A stretch of DNA of 64,000 nucleotides, taken from positions 1,540 through 65,539 of the forward strand of contig JABDQW010000041.1 of the NCBI GenBank assembly GCA_013042055.1, given 5' to 3'. The notes below the pieces were generated by a model, which saw only the letters and a program-made list of their open reading frames with translations, had not been told where the DNA came from and did not search any database. The DNA is from Gammaproteobacteria bacterium. Lineage in GTDB: Bacteria; Pseudomonadota; Gammaproteobacteria; SZUA-229. Below are positions 1 through 10,364 of the stretch, one piece after another (positions within the stretch are counted from its first letter, which is position 1; each line of letters begins with the position of its first letter). The translations under genes and the position numbers were made by a program.

Positions 1-5
1 CGGCA

Positions 6-1448
6 TTGGGATTCTGGGCGGGTATCCCGTGGGCTTTGAAAATGCCGCTGGGTCACCTGGTCGATTTGATCTGGAAATTTAAATCGGTATTGGTGTTCAT
101 TGGCGCCGGACTGATCGCGGCGAGTTTGTTGATAATGGTCGGGCTGTTGTCCGATCCCGAGATGATGCGACAGATCATGCCGGCTGAGGCCTGGTATGTT
201 ATCAGCGCCTTACTCGCCCCAGTCGGCTATGTGCTACAGGACGTGGTGGCTGATGCGATGACGGTGGAGGCGGTGCCACGGTTCGACAAGCAGGGTCAGG
301 CATTCGATGCTGAAACCAAACGTTTGATGCATACTACGATGCAGACCCTGGGGCGGGTCGCAATTATTGGCGGCGGTGTGCTGGTCGCGTTGATGAACGT
401 GTACATGTTCAGCGATGTGGAAACGCTGGCGGAGTCTCAGAAGGTGAAAGTGTATACGGACATCTATCAGCTGGCCATGGTCATACCCGTGGTTTCGGTG
501 CTGGGTGTTCTGCTGGGGTATTACCTCAAATGGGGGCAATTCAAGCAGCTGCGGCTGTCAGGACACGGTCGTGTCGAAGCCTGGCACATGATCAATGTAC
601 AAGAACGAGCGCCGGCGCCGAACTGGTGGATCCTCGGTGGCAGCCTGGTGTTCGTGGTGTTTACCTTGAGCATGGGGCTGGGAGACATGCCCTATAACCA
701 GGAGATAATTTTTGTTGGCTCGATGACCATCATCGTGTTCTTGATGTTTCGTTTGACCAAGGTGCTGGATGCCGATTCGCGTCGGGTTCTGGTTGGTACG
801 GCCATCATCATTTTCGTCTACCGCGCTGTACCTACACCGGGGCCGGGTGCAACCTGGTGGATGATTGATGTGCTGGAATTTGATCAGCGGTTTCTTTCGG
901 TGCTGTCTCTAATCGCAGCCACGATAACCTTATTCGTCATGTTTCTGTTTCGGCGCTTCATGGCGGAAAAGTCGATCGCGTATATCGTCGTGTTTCTGAC
1001 GATCGTGAGTACGGCGTTAACCTTTCCGATCGTCGGTATGTATTACGGCTTTCACGAATGGACCGCGGCGCATACCGGTGGCATTGTCGATGCGCGTTTT
1101 ATCGCTATCGTCGACACGGCGCTGGAATCACCGCTAGGACAGGTTGCAATGATTCCAATGTTAGCCTGGATCGCCAATTCCGCGCCGGCGCAGCTCAAGG
1201 CGACCTTTTTCGCGGTGATGGCGTCCTTTACCAACCTGGCGTTATCGGCCAGCCAATTGGGAACCAAGTATGTCAACCAGATTTTTACTATCACACGTGA
1301 AGTGAAGGACCCGGTGACCGGTGAAGTAACAGTGCCCGCCAATTACGATGAGTTGGGTATTTTGCTGATCACCGTCACCTTGCTGGTTTTTGCGTTACCT
1401 TTGCTCACGGTCATCATCGTGAGACAAATCCGCTTGCAAAGCGCTTAG
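6..1448 (+). CDS. Polytopic membrane transporter, MFS/BT1 (folate-biopterin transporter)-like. The 5' end may lie outside the window, since the ORF begins at the edge with TTG.
   Basis: 480-aa ORF with about 12 hydrophobic segments. The MFS-like assignment rests on overall composition only. Confidence 0.45.
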   Translation: MGFWAGIPWALKMPLGHLVDLIWKFKSVLVFIGAGLIAASLLIMVGLLSDPEMMRQIMPAEAWYVISALLAPVGYVLQDVVADAMTVEAVPRFDKQGQAFDAETKRLMHTTMQTLGRVAIIGGGVLVALMNVYMFSDVETLAESQKVKVYTDIYQLAMVIPVVSVLGVLLGYYLKWGQFKQLRLSGHGRVEAWHMINVQERAPAPNWWILGGSLVFVVFTLSMGLGDMPYNQEIIFVGSMTIIVFLMFRLTKVLDADSRRVLVGTAIIIFVYRAVPTPGPGATWWMIDVLEFDQRFLSVLSLIAATITLFVMFLFRRFMAEKSIAYIVVFLTIVSTALTFPIVGMYYGFHEWTAAHTGGIVDARFIAIVDTALESPLGQVAMIPMLAWIANSAPAQLKATFFAVMASFTNLALSASQLGTKYVNQIFTITREVKDPVTGEVTVPANYDELGILLITVTLLVFALPLLTVIIVRQIRLQSA

Positions 1449-1655
1449 CCAACTTGCCCCCAAAATCCGCAAGATAGAGGGTGCCGGGATGGGAGGGGCT
1501 AGCAACTCAATGGCAGTGACACCGCTGATTTCGGCAATGATATGCCGTTCGAATCGTTTCGTCATCTGAATGCTGATTTCCCCGTGTTCTGATTTATGTT
1601 TATACTGTTCCTAATCGAGGCATTCAAGATCGAACTAAAACCATTGAATTGCAAT

Positions 1656-3020
1656 ATGTGGATTACGCACCCTGTTCTGCGATTAATTTTAGGATTGAGC
1701 CTAATTTGGTTCACACATGCTACCATGGCACAGGTCAGCGCAACGAAACGGGCTTACCTAGTTGAAATCGATGGCGCGATCGGTCCCGTAACCCAAGAGC
1801 TGATCGTGCGCACTATCGATAATGCGGAAGCCGATGGCGCATCCATGGTGATTTTGCAAATGAACACACCCGGTGGTCTGGATCACTCCATGCGTGAGAT
1901 CGTTCAGGCCATACTCGATGCGCATGTTCCAGTGATCACTTATGTCTCGCCGCAGGGTTCGCGCGCAGCCAGCGCAGGCACTTACATCCTGTATGCCAGC
2001 CATGTTGCAGCGATGGCGCCTGCGACCAACCTCGGGGCGGCAACGCCGGTGCAGCTTGGTGGAACGCCCGACCCACCGATTGACCCCACTGGAAACCAAG
2101 ACGCAGACAAAGGCGATGATGACAAGACCAGTATGGAGAAAAAAATCATCAATGATGCGACGGCCTACATCAAAGGCCTGGCAGAGCTCAGGGGACGTAA
2201 TGTGGAATGGGCTGAGCAGGCCGTGCGCGAAGCTGCCAGCTTGACTGCAGATGAGGCGCTGGAGAAGCAAGTCATTGACATTGTTGCTGTCGATCTTACG
2301 GCACTCCTTAAGCAGCTCGATGGCCGTCAACTCAATGTCAAGGGACGGAGTGTCACGCTCGATACCGATGGTTTGATCATTGAACGCATCACGCCGGATT
2401 GGCGTTCCAGCGTGCTCGCCATCATCACCAATCCAAATATCGCCTATGTGTTGATGCTCGTGGGCATCTATGGCCTAATTATGGAATTTTCAAATCCGGG
2501 CAGCATATTACCCGGTGTCGTCGGTACGATCAGCCTGCTGCTCGCTCTTTATGCCTTCCAGGTGCTACCGATCAACTACGCTGGCCTGGCATTGCTCGGC
2601 ATCGGCCTGGCGTTTATCGTCTCGGAACTGTTTGTCACCAGTGGCGGCATACTCGGCATGGGTGGTGTGGTAGCCTTTACGGTCGGTTCGATCATGCTAT
2701 TCGACGATGAATATATCGCCGTTTCGATACCATTGATCGGTGGCACGGCCCTGGTGGCTGCAGGATTCATGCTCTGGATCCTAAGAAAGTTCGCCACGCT
2801 CAGGCATAGCCAGGTGGTCAGCGGAGCCGAGTTCATGATAGGCCGCAGCGGCGAAGTGCTCGATGGATTCAAACGGCGGGGTCGGGTGGAAATCGACGGT
2901 GAGTCCTGGCTGGCCGAGAGCAAGGTACCTATGACCGCAGGACAAAAAATTCGTGTTGATGCCATTAACAAACTCGTTCTAAAAATAGAGCCGGTTGACG
3001 ATACAACCGGGGAGGAATAG
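1656..3020 (+). CDS. NfeD-family membrane-bound ClpP-class serine protease, the usual stomatin operon partner.
   Basis: N-terminal signal-like segment, then a ClpP-like block ([10 protein letters not shown]...SAGTYIL), central TM helices and a C-terminal OB-fold-like domain. It lies immediately upstream of the SPFH gene. The start was taken at MWITHP; the track start at 1596 is also possible. Confidence 0.75.
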   Translation: MWITHPVLRLILGLSLIWFTHATMAQVSATKRAYLVEIDGAIGPVTQELIVRTIDNAEADGASMVILQMNTPGGLDHSMREIVQAILDAHVPVITYVSPQGSRAASAGTYILYASHVAAMAPATNLGAATPVQLGGTPDPPIDPTGNQDADKGDDDKTSMEKKIINDATAYIKGLAELRGRNVEWAEQAVREAASLTADEALEKQVIDIVAVDLTALLKQLDGRQLNVKGRSVTLDTDGLIIERITPDWRSSVLAIITNPNIAYVLMLVGIYGLIMEFSNPGSILPGVVGTISLLLALYAFQVLPINYAGLALLGIGLAFIVSELFVTSGGILGMGGVVAFTVGSIMLFDDEYIAVSIPLIGGTALVAAGFMLWILRKFATLRHSQVVSGAEFMIGRSGEVLDGFKRRGRVEIDGESWLAESKVPMTAGQKIRVDAINKLVLKIEPVDDTTGEE

Positions 3021-3022
3021 CC

Positions 3023-3784
3023 ATGTACTTGTTGCAATACATAACGCCGGCCTTATTGGTGTTGGCAATTATCATCTCAGCGGTTCGCGTCTTGCGAGAA
3101 TACGAACGTGGTGTAATCTTTTTCCTCGGGCGCTTTCAGAAGGTTAAAGGGCCGGGCTTGATCATCGTCATCCCGGTTATTCAGAAAATGGTACGAGTCG
3201 ATCTGCGTGTCGTCACCTATGATATACCCACGCAGGATCTGATATCTCAAGATAATGTCACTGTTCGTGTCAGTGCGGTGTTGTATTTTCGCGTAATCGA
3301 TCCCGAACGTGCGATTATCCAGGTCGAACAGTACTTCAATGCAACCAATCAGTTGGCACAGACCACCTTGCGTTCCGTATTGGGTCAGCATGACCTCGAC
3401 GAAATGCTGTCACAACGCGAAAGGCTGAATGCCGATATCCAGAATATTCTCGATGAACAAACCGCGTCGTGGGGAATCAAGGTGACCAACGTGGAGATCA
3501 AGCATATTGATCTGAATGAGAGTATGATTCGCGCCATCGCCAAACAGGCCGAAGCTGAACGCGAGCGTCGTGCAAAGGTCATTCACGCCGAGGGTGAATT
3601 ACAGGCGTCTAGAAAGCTGTTCGAAGCCGCAGAGGTGATGTCGGCAAATCCACAAACGCTGCAGTTGCGCTACCTGCAAACACTGAATGATATCTCAAGT
3701 GAAAATGCGTCGACAATCGTGTTTCCGCTGCCGCTAGAAATTTTCAAGGCATTCGAAGCTAGAACGCAATCGCGAGATAAATAG
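3023..3784 (+). CDS. SPFH/stomatin-family protein (QmcA/prohibitin-like slipin).
   Basis: N-terminal TM helix followed by an SPFH domain ([18 protein letters not shown]...[15 protein letters not shown]) and a coiled-coil tail. GGAGG RBS. It follows the NfeD stop by 3 nt. Confidence 0.85.
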   Translation: MYLLQYITPALLVLAIIISAVRVLREYERGVIFFLGRFQKVKGPGLIIVIPVIQKMVRVDLRVVTYDIPTQDLISQDNVTVRVSAVLYFRVIDPERAIIQVEQYFNATNQLAQTTLRSVLGQHDLDEMLSQRERLNADIQNILDEQTASWGIKVTNVEIKHIDLNESMIRAIAKQAEAERERRAKVIHAEGELQASRKLFEAAEVMSANPQTLQLRYLQTLNDISSENASTIVFPLPLEIFKAFEARTQSRDK

Positions 3785-3971
3785 TGCCTGTCCTGCATTT
3801 TTTGCCAGGCGGCGAAGCACACTGAAAAGGCATTGGCACTGGCCAATATTCGATGCTAAATGGTCACCAGGGGTTGACAAAAATTTACGGTTGATGGTCG
3901 CGCTTTTATGGACAGATTCGACTCTTCTGGCTAAATTCTGATGGAGAAAGTAATACTTGGCGGAAGGCTAT

Positions 3972-5099
3972 ATGTCCGATCATATAGATACACTCGATGA
4001 CCTGAATAAACACATACCACTGAAACAAAAACTGACCAGTGCCCATCAGGTCATCAAAAAGAAACTGCCGTTCGTTGCACGGATTGCAATCGCTATATAC
4101 GATCAAGATACCCGTGTGTTGAAGACCTTCATCCACAGCAGTGATGAAACAACACCGCTGGAAAACTATCATGCACTCATCGATGATGCACCATCGCTGA
4201 AGGGCATTCTTAACCAGGGCCGACCTCGAGTAATCAATAATTTTCTGACCTTTGATCACAACGACAACGAGCACAATAAGCGGTTGGGTCGAGCGGGGTA
4301 TGCAGCCAGTTACACCATGCCGATATTCAACAACGGCGACTTCGTCGGATTTGTCTTTTTCAATTCGTTTCAGTCCGGCGTTTTCGACGAGCATGCGCTC
4401 AGTCAGCTCGATGTATTCGGCCATTTGATTTCGCTGTTGATCATAAGTGAAATATCGAATATTCAAACGCTAGCAGCCGCACTCAAAACCAGTGGAAAAA
4501 TTACCCATTTGCGAGATCCTGAAACAGGTTCGCATCTGGACCGCATGTCACGTTACAGTCGATTAATTGCCAGTGCTTTGGCCGATAAATACCAACTCGA
4601 AGATGATTACATCGAACACATTTTCATGTTTTCGCCGTTGCATGATATCGGCAAAATCGGTATCCCTGATGATATCCTGATGAAGCCGGCCAGGCTCGAG
4701 CCGAATGAGATGGAAATCATGAAGTCCCATACAGTAAAAGGTCGAGAAATTATCGATGAAATTCTTCACAATTTCGGCCTGGATGCGGTCGACTATGTCA
4801 ATATTCTGAGGAACATTGCCGAATTCCATCATGAGTCGGTCAACGGCGCTGGATATCCTGCTGGTAAGATAGGTGATGAAATTCCACTAGAAGCTCGCAT
4901 TGTTGCCGTCGCCGATATATTTGATGCGCTAACAAGCCGTAGGGTTTATAAACATGCGTGGACAAATGAAGCGGCATTTCACGCATTGCACCAGCTTGCA
5001 GGTGAAAAGCTTGATCAGGATTGTGTCAAAGCGCTCCTGGAGAATGTTGAAGAGATAGAAAAGATTCAGCAGCAGTTCAAACAAGATTGCTACGGATGA
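3972..5099 (+). CDS. HD-GYP domain c-di-GMP phosphodiesterase with an N-terminal GAF-like sensor domain.
   Basis: HDIGKIGIPDDIL and HHESVNGAGYP motifs. AGGAAGG RBS before the ATG at 3972. Confidence 0.85.
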   Translation: MSDHIDTLDDLNKHIPLKQKLTSAHQVIKKKLPFVARIAIAIYDQDTRVLKTFIHSSDETTPLENYHALIDDAPSLKGILNQGRPRVINNFLTFDHNDNEHNKRLGRAGYAASYTMPIFNNGDFVGFVFFNSFQSGVFDEHALSQLDVFGHLISLLIISEISNIQTLAAALKTSGKITHLRDPETGSHLDRMSRYSRLIASALADKYQLEDDYIEHIFMFSPLHDIGKIGIPDDILMKPARLEPNEMEIMKSHTVKGREIIDEILHNFGLDAVDYVNILRNIAEFHHESVNGAGYPAGKIGDEIPLEARIVAVADIFDALTSRRVYKHAWTNEAAFHALHQLAGEKLDQDCVKALLENVEEIEKIQQQFKQDCYG

Positions 5100-5236
5100 A
5101 GCAGAGACTGATCGTCTTTCACATCGTTGATCTCCATCCCGATCTCGTCTTTCGACTTATCCGCGATAGCCATTGGTCTTCGATTTAGCTGCGTACTTAG
5201 TATGTCAAGCTAAATGCGGGCTAAATTGCTTCGATG

Positions 5237-6232
5237 TTAGACGTTGTTCGCCGACAATGGTTTGTCTACAGTATCGCGCAGCTCTTTTTTGTATTCGTAC
5301 ATTAATTTGTCGCCCTCCGCCAGCAGAGTTTCCACGTTGTCGTGCTTGGTTGGATCATGTTCAACGACACCATAGGAGAACGAAATATCATAGCCACGAT
5401 TGGCCTGCTGATTATAGTTATCTAATTCGCCCCTGAAATTCTCCATGAGCTCTGTGGCCATTGGCTTTGTCGTATTGGAGAACAGAATAACGAATTCGTC
5501 GCCGCCGAGCCGTGCGAATAGATCCGTCGTTCGAAAAAAGCCTTTTATTTGCTCGCTGAAAGCGATCAATGCCCTGTCGCCCTCGGCGTGTCCAAAATTA
5601 TCATTGACCGGCTTGAATCCATTAAGATCAATAAAAACCAAAGAGGCGCAGGTCTCTTGTCGGGAGCACAGGTTCAGCGTGTGCTGGGCGAGCGTCATAA
5701 AACCTCTGCGGTTGGAAATTTTTGTCAAATCGTCCAGCGTTGCTAGTTGAGCCGCTTCGAGCTCGCGTTCAACCATCATGGCCAAATCTTTCAATGTGGC
5801 TAGATCTTCTTCTGACAGGCTTCTGGGCTTTCTGTCGATGATGCACAACGTCCCTAGTTTGCTGCCGTTATTGGAGCTCAATGGACACCCAGCGTAGAAC
5901 CGGATATGCGGATCATCAACGACCAATGGATTGTCTACAAAGCGCTCATCATCGGCTGCGTCAGGGATGATGAAGATATCGTCACCGAGTATCGCGTGTC
6001 CACAGAAGGAGATATCCCGGGGTGTTTCGCTCGCGCTGAGGCCAACGCAGGACTTGAACCACTGACGATTCGCATCAACCAGACTGACCAGCGCAATCGG
6101 AACGCCGAACAATCGTTTGGACATGCGAGTTACGCGGTCAAACCGCTCTTCAGCCTCGGTATCGAGTACATCGAGCGACTCCAGTGTCTTCAGTCGGTTC
6201 GCTTCATTTGCAGGAAAATCGGGTGTTTTCAT
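5237..6232 (-). CDS. GAF-domain diguanylate cyclase (GGDEF).
   Basis: N-terminal GAF-like region. C-terminal GGDEF domain with an intact RLGGDEF active-site motif and RxxD-like context. Confidence 0.85.
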   Translation of the reverse strand: MKTPDFPANEANRLKTLESLDVLDTEAEERFDRVTRMSKRLFGVPIALVSLVDANRQWFKSCVGLSASETPRDISFCGHAILGDDIFIIPDAADDERFVDNPLVVDDPHIRFYAGCPLSSNNGSKLGTLCIIDRKPRSLSEEDLATLKDLAMMVERELEAAQLATLDDLTKISNRRGFMTLAQHTLNLCSRQETCASLVFIDLNGFKPVNDNFGHAEGDRALIAFSEQIKGFFRTTDLFARLGGDEFVILFSNTTKPMATELMENFRGELDNYNQQANRGYDISFSYGVVEHDPTKHDNVETLLAEGDKLMYEYKKELRDTVDKPLSANNV

Positions 6233-6337
6233 ACTAATCCCACTTCGTTGTGGAGTGAGTCACGTCACTACTGTTATTATTTTTATGTTTAGGAAACGCT
6301 GATTTTCAGAGTTCACCGGCGGCTCACGGATGTGCCG

Positions 6338-6369
6338 CCATTTTCAATCACCTATGTGATTGAAAATGG
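6338..6369. promoter_or_regulatory. Perfect 14-bp inverted repeat with a 4-nt spacer (CCATTTTCAATCAC-CTAT-GTGATTGAAAATGG), about 105 bp upstream of the GAF-GGDEF gene. Candidate operator.
   Basis: Read directly. No flanking U-run in either orientation, so it is unlikely to be a terminator. Confidence 0.3.
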
Positions 6370-6656
6370 GAAAAAATAAAAAATCGCATTATCATTTTTT
6401 GTGCGCTGATAATTCCGGCATGGAATTATACAGAGCTTCCCTCATTAGAATAGATTTTATATTGATTGAATATAGCAGCTAAATCACGAAATACTATTGT
6501 ATACAATACGTTTTGGTAGCGATGAGAACGGCTTGTTATACCATGCGTTTAGTATTGTTTCCTTTCATGTGTTCGACGAAGTAGTCAATTGATTTTCTTT
6601 ACGCCCTTGTTGCGCGGCGGTGGTGGGATTTGAACTCCCGGCTCGACAACCACTCG

Positions 6657-6703
6657 TTAACCAGGATGTTGCACGTCCGCCTTCATGCAAGATCCGGGTT
6701 AGC
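6657..6703. repeat. Small palindromic repeat, family 3 (ends AACCnGGATnTTGCACG ... CnTGCAAnATCCGGGTTA).
   Basis: Related copies at 7429..7513 and 12001..12050. Confidence 0.5.
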
Positions 6704-6956
6704 GGATTAGCCCGTCGCTCATGTGTAAATTTCCGCACAGGAATGTAAATTTATCGTCCTAAATATTCCTGAATGCGTATTTGCAGCGTATTCCCGCTAT
6801 AATTCGTCTTGCTTTTGGAACCAATAAGTTGGTGCTGCATATTGAGCGAACACATGCGGTCGATTGGCGGGGCTGTGAATCGATGGCTGACCGTTTCAAC
6901 TGCATAACCAGCATATTCCTGAAATCCAAATTTTTTATTCAATAGGCGGGCTAGAC

Positions 6957-7355
6957 ATGAGTGAGCAAAAGACAACAGCGTTAGCCAGTGAGACCAGCGC
7001 GGTCTGGCAGAATCACGTATCTGTTCCAGAGACCCCAGAAGGCTTTACCGTTAGAACCACATACCCGGGTAATCCGAATGGTGTCGAAGTGATGCTTGAG
7101 CGCTGGGAAGCTGGTTCTGAAGAACCGCCACATTCACATCCTGGTGATGATATGACGATTGTGGTAGAGGGCAGGATGGCCATCCAGTTTTATTCTCGAT
7201 CGGCCGATGGCCTCGTCGCCGATGGCGAGCAGATTGTGCTCAACAAAGGCGATACAGGCTATATTCAGGCAGGGCGGATTCATGATGCTAAATACCTCGA
7301 TGAATGCAAGTTGGTTTATGTGCACGAGAGGGCGTTTGGTTTCACAGCGGAATAG
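6957..7355 (+). CDS. Cupin-domain protein.
   Basis: HSHPGDD...G(x)5...H motif typical of a cupin metal site. 132 aa. Confidence 0.6.
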   Translation: MSEQKTTALASETSAVWQNHVSVPETPEGFTVRTTYPGNPNGVEVMLERWEAGSEEPPHSHPGDDMTIVVEGRMAIQFYSRSADGLVADGEQIVLNKGDTGYIQAGRIHDAKYLDECKLVYVHERAFGFTAE

Positions 7356-7428
7356 TCAATAGTGCCGTTATCGTGTGCTGCACCGTTGATACATTTTCGA
7401 TCTGATTGGGCGCCGTTATCGACGCCAA

Positions 7429-7513
7429 CTAACCCGGATGTTGCACGAAGGCGGACGCGCACAGTTTTCTATTTGCTCCAAAAATCCAAATCCTTCGCGC
7501 AAGCTCCGGGCTA
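7429..7513. repeat. Small palindromic repeat, family 3, longer copy.
   Basis: TAACCCGGATGTTGCACG ... CGCGCAAGCTCCGGGCTA inverted ends. Confidence 0.5.
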
Positions 7514-7673
7514 ATAATCTTAACCGAAACTTAAGAATACAAGTGAATCGTTATAAAAACCGGATATTTACTGGACATTTAGTCTGAAGTCGGAATAGAG
7601 TAGGGCTTCATCAAGACTAACTCAATTATTGGGCTACATTCTAGCGATATCATAAGCACATAGGAGGCCAAGT

Positions 7674-8486
7674 ATGCATCGCAAGATCTCACTAACACTC
7701 AGCCTGTTTGCGGTTACAGCGACACTTGCCGTTTCTGCACCAGTTCAGGCAAGGTCAGCTGAACAAGCGATTGAATCCAAGGTAAAGCAGTCCATCGATC
7801 GCGACGGAGATGGAAAGCTAAATAGAAGAGAGCAAGCCTATGCCCGCCAGCTACAGCGGATTGTTGACCAGGACTGGGATGGAAAAGTCAGCGATTATGA
7901 AAAACAACGTGTGATGAAGATAATCAACTGGGTTGATAAAAATGATGATGGACGTATCAGCGACCGTGAACGCGATCGCGCGATCAGCGTTTACAAGCAG
8001 ATTGATATCGATGGTGATGGGCGCGTCAGCTATCAAGAGGAAACCTTCGCCACCTGGGTGTATGAAGAAGTGGATTATAATCGCGACGGTAAAATCAGTG
8101 AGGCCGAAAAAGCACGTGCAAACAAGTTTCTCAACTATGTCGACCGCGACGATGATGGCTTTATATCACGCAGGGAACAAGCCTTTGCCAGTGAGAAATT
8201 CGATCGCATAGACCGCAACGATGACGGCGGTATCAGCAAGCGTGAAATGCGAATGAGCGGTTTGCCGGAACCACCGCCACCGAGGCGTGAGGAATTTGGT
8301 CGTATGGATTTTAATGATGACTTTGGCCGGCACCATGATTACCGTATGCGTCGTGCGCCTGAACCGCCGCCAATGCGTGAGGAATTCGGTCGGATGGGAT
8401 TTGATGATGATTTCGGTCGGGGTGATGATTACCGTATGCGCCGTGCACCTGAACCGCCACCACCACGTCATTATCCACGTTGGTAG
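7674..8486 (+). CDS. Secreted multi-EF-hand calcium-binding protein with a Pro/Arg-rich tandemly repeated C-terminus.
   Basis: Signal peptide followed by seven D-x-D/N-x-DG-x-I/V-S-x-x-E loops (DRDGDGKLNRRE, DQDWDGKVSDYE, DKNDDGRISDRE ...). AGGAGG RBS. Confidence 0.7.
   Translation: MHRKISLTLSLFAVTATLAVSAPVQARSAEQAIESKVKQSIDRDGDGKLNRREQAYARQLQRIVDQDWDGKVSDYEKQRVMKIINWVDKNDDGRISDRERDRAISVYKQIDIDGDGRVSYQEETFATWVYEEVDYNRDGKISEAEKARANKFLNYVDRDDDGFISRREQAFASEKFDRIDRNDDGGISKREMRMSGLPEPPPPRREEFGRMDFNDDFGRHHDYRMRRAPEPPPMREEFGRMGFDDDFGRGDDYRMRRAPEPPPPRHYPRW
8262..8470 (+). repeat. Tandem repeat of about 120 bp x 2 inside the EF-hand gene, encoding EPPPxREEFGRMxFxDDFGRxxDYRMRRAPEPPP x2.
   Basis: Read directly at both DNA and protein level. 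Confidence 0.6.
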
Positions 8487-8580
8487 CAAGTCAAACCGCA
8501 CTGATCAATAAATGGGGGCTTGTGCCCCCATTCTTTTGACAACGATGTCAAAACCAACAGCTAAGACAAAAGAAATAATA

Positions 8581-9435
8581 ATGAAGCCATCAATATATCA
8601 ACTATTCTTGGTATTGGGGATCTTGTTAGTCGCGGGTTGTGCTGAATTAGCCAAACACGCCGAAACTATCAAGCCAAATGCTGAACTCACAGCAACGCGA
8701 CTGGCAAATATCAATTTTGACCAAGCTGACCTGGTATTTGACCTGGCGATAGAAAATCAGAATCCAATAGCGATCAACGTGGCAAGACTGGATTATGATT
8801 TAAAGATTGAGGATCAGGCATTGCTCAGTGGCGTCACAGCCCAAGGGCTGCAAATCAAGCCGGTGTCTACCAGTACCGTGCAGTTACCGGTGACGCTAAA
8901 ATTCGATGATCTCAGAAAACTACCTGGTGAAATCTGGCAACAGGATCACTTTACCTACCAGCTTGATTCAGCGTTTGTTGTCGATCTGCCGGTTATCGGT
9001 CCTTATACAATACCGGTATCGAAAAAGGGAGAGCTGCCGGTGCCAAAATTACCCGTAATACGAATCGCGAACATACAGCTGAAGAGTCTCAGTTTGCTGA
9101 CGGCAGAGCTGGTTGCTCAGGTGGAAATTGAGAATCCCAATGTCTTTGATCTCGGCTTCAGTGACTTCGATTATCGACTAAATGTAAATCAGCAGCCGTG
9201 GGGGCAGGGTAGCATAAATAAAAGTAGCCGTATTCCAAAGAAGAGCAAAGGAATGATTGAAGTGCCAGTCAAGCTGAACGTCGCAAGTTTGGGGCAAACT
9301 GCCTATCGCTTACTTTCGGCCAGAGAAACGCTGGAATATCAGCTCACCGGTGGCATGACACTGGACAGCGATTTCGAGATGTTCCGGAATTATAAGATGC
9401 CGCTGGATATTCAGGGTAAAGCCAACATACTGTGA
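8581..9435 (+). CDS. Lipoprotein with tandem LEA_2/WHy-like (LEA14-type) domains.
   Basis: Lipobox LVAGC. Repeated beta-rich modules resembling the LEA14/WHy water-stress domain. The start was taken at MKPSIY. Confidence 0.55.
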   Translation: MKPSIYQLFLVLGILLVAGCAELAKHAETIKPNAELTATRLANINFDQADLVFDLAIENQNPIAINVARLDYDLKIEDQALLSGVTAQGLQIKPVSTSTVQLPVTLKFDDLRKLPGEIWQQDHFTYQLDSAFVVDLPVIGPYTIPVSKKGELPVPKLPVIRIANIQLKSLSLLTAELVAQVEIENPNVFDLGFSDFDYRLNVNQQPWGQGSINKSSRIPKKSKGMIEVPVKLNVASLGQTAYRLLSARETLEYQLTGGMTLDSDFEMFRNYKMPLDIQGKANIL

Positions 9436-9770
9436 ATTCAATACCGTAGTGACTCGGACTTAACCCGACAGCAAGTGTTTGAGTGAGCATGGCAGTTAAA
9501 TGCCAGTGCTCGAAAGCTGCTATGTTACGCCCTCGCTTTCGGTAGCCTCAGCTTTCTGACCGGTTTGTCATAAAAACATCGGCTAGATAAATGTACTACA
9601 CTCCAACAGGCTCTAGCAAAACGGTATTTGCTGAAGCTTATTGGTAACGACCCCTGTCTTTCCGGCGAAATGCAAAGCTGTGATCGTGAAATCGATCGAC
9701 CTATCGGACCGCGATGCTCGGGGTCGGTGCCAGCAACATGACCATAATAATAATTTCTCGGTGAATATTT

Positions 9771-10283
9771 ATGAAATCGTCTACCTACAACACGTCCGTC
9801 TTTCTGTTCTGTGCTTTATCCATTTCTTCGGCTGCCGGCGCAGATGGCTGGAACTGCAGCCATACCGATCTCGTCAGGGAAGTGCTAATTGAATATCCCG
9901 AGGGCGGTGCCGTCCCCTGTAATGTCGTTTACAAGAAAGCCATGGAAGGTTTTGCCGATCAGGTGCTATGGTCTGCCTCTAATGAGCAAGGCTATTGTGA
10001 GCAAAAAGCACGTGAGTTCGTCGTCAAGCTCGAATCCTGGGGCTGGGGCTGTGTCGAGGTCGCAAGTTCTGACGTCGCTGAAACCGCAGAGGATTCTGAA
10101 TCGAACGCAACACCTGCGCTCGAAGCCAGCCCTGAAGCTGCACCGGCAGGTGAGTCAGCGCCCGAACAGCAGGCGAGCTCTGAAGCAGAGACGACAACCG
10201 AGACAACACCGGAACAAAACGTCGATTTACCGAAGGTCGAGTCCGTCGACACGAACACGCCAGTTGCTGATAAGATTCAATAG
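9771..10283 (+). CDS. Secreted hypothetical protein with a Cys-containing N-domain and an acidic, disordered Ala/Glu/Ser/Thr/Pro-rich C-tail.
   Basis: Signal peptide. Six Cys in the first 110 aa. Low-complexity tail. Confidence 0.4.
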   Translation: MKSSTYNTSVFLFCALSISSAAGADGWNCSHTDLVREVLIEYPEGGAVPCNVVYKKAMEGFADQVLWSASNEQGYCEQKAREFVVKLESWGWGCVEVASSDVAETAEDSESNATPALEASPEAAPAGESAPEQQASSEAETTTETTPEQNVDLPKVESVDTNTPVADKIQ

Positions 10284-10364
10284 TCTTACTCGAGCGCTTT
10301 GTCAGAACATCGCTCGCGTTGGTCGGTATGAAGAAAAAGCCGTATAGTCTGGTGAAAACGAAAT

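Noticed and set aside
6618-6652. tRNA-3'-end-like fragment (reverse complement ...GGGAGTTCAAATCCCACCACCGCC...) next to a family 3 repeat and a TAGCCCG fragment, which could have been an integration-site scar.
   Set aside because: The T-stem pairs poorly (about 3 of 5 bp), there is no CCA, and no upstream cloverleaf is present. It is too degenerate to call a tRNA or attachment-site remnant without a genome comparison.
8166-8501. 111-aa antisense ORF overlapping the EF-hand gene tail.
   Set aside because: It lies entirely within the tandem-repeat region of a well-supported gene on the opposite strand and is a repeat-driven artefact.
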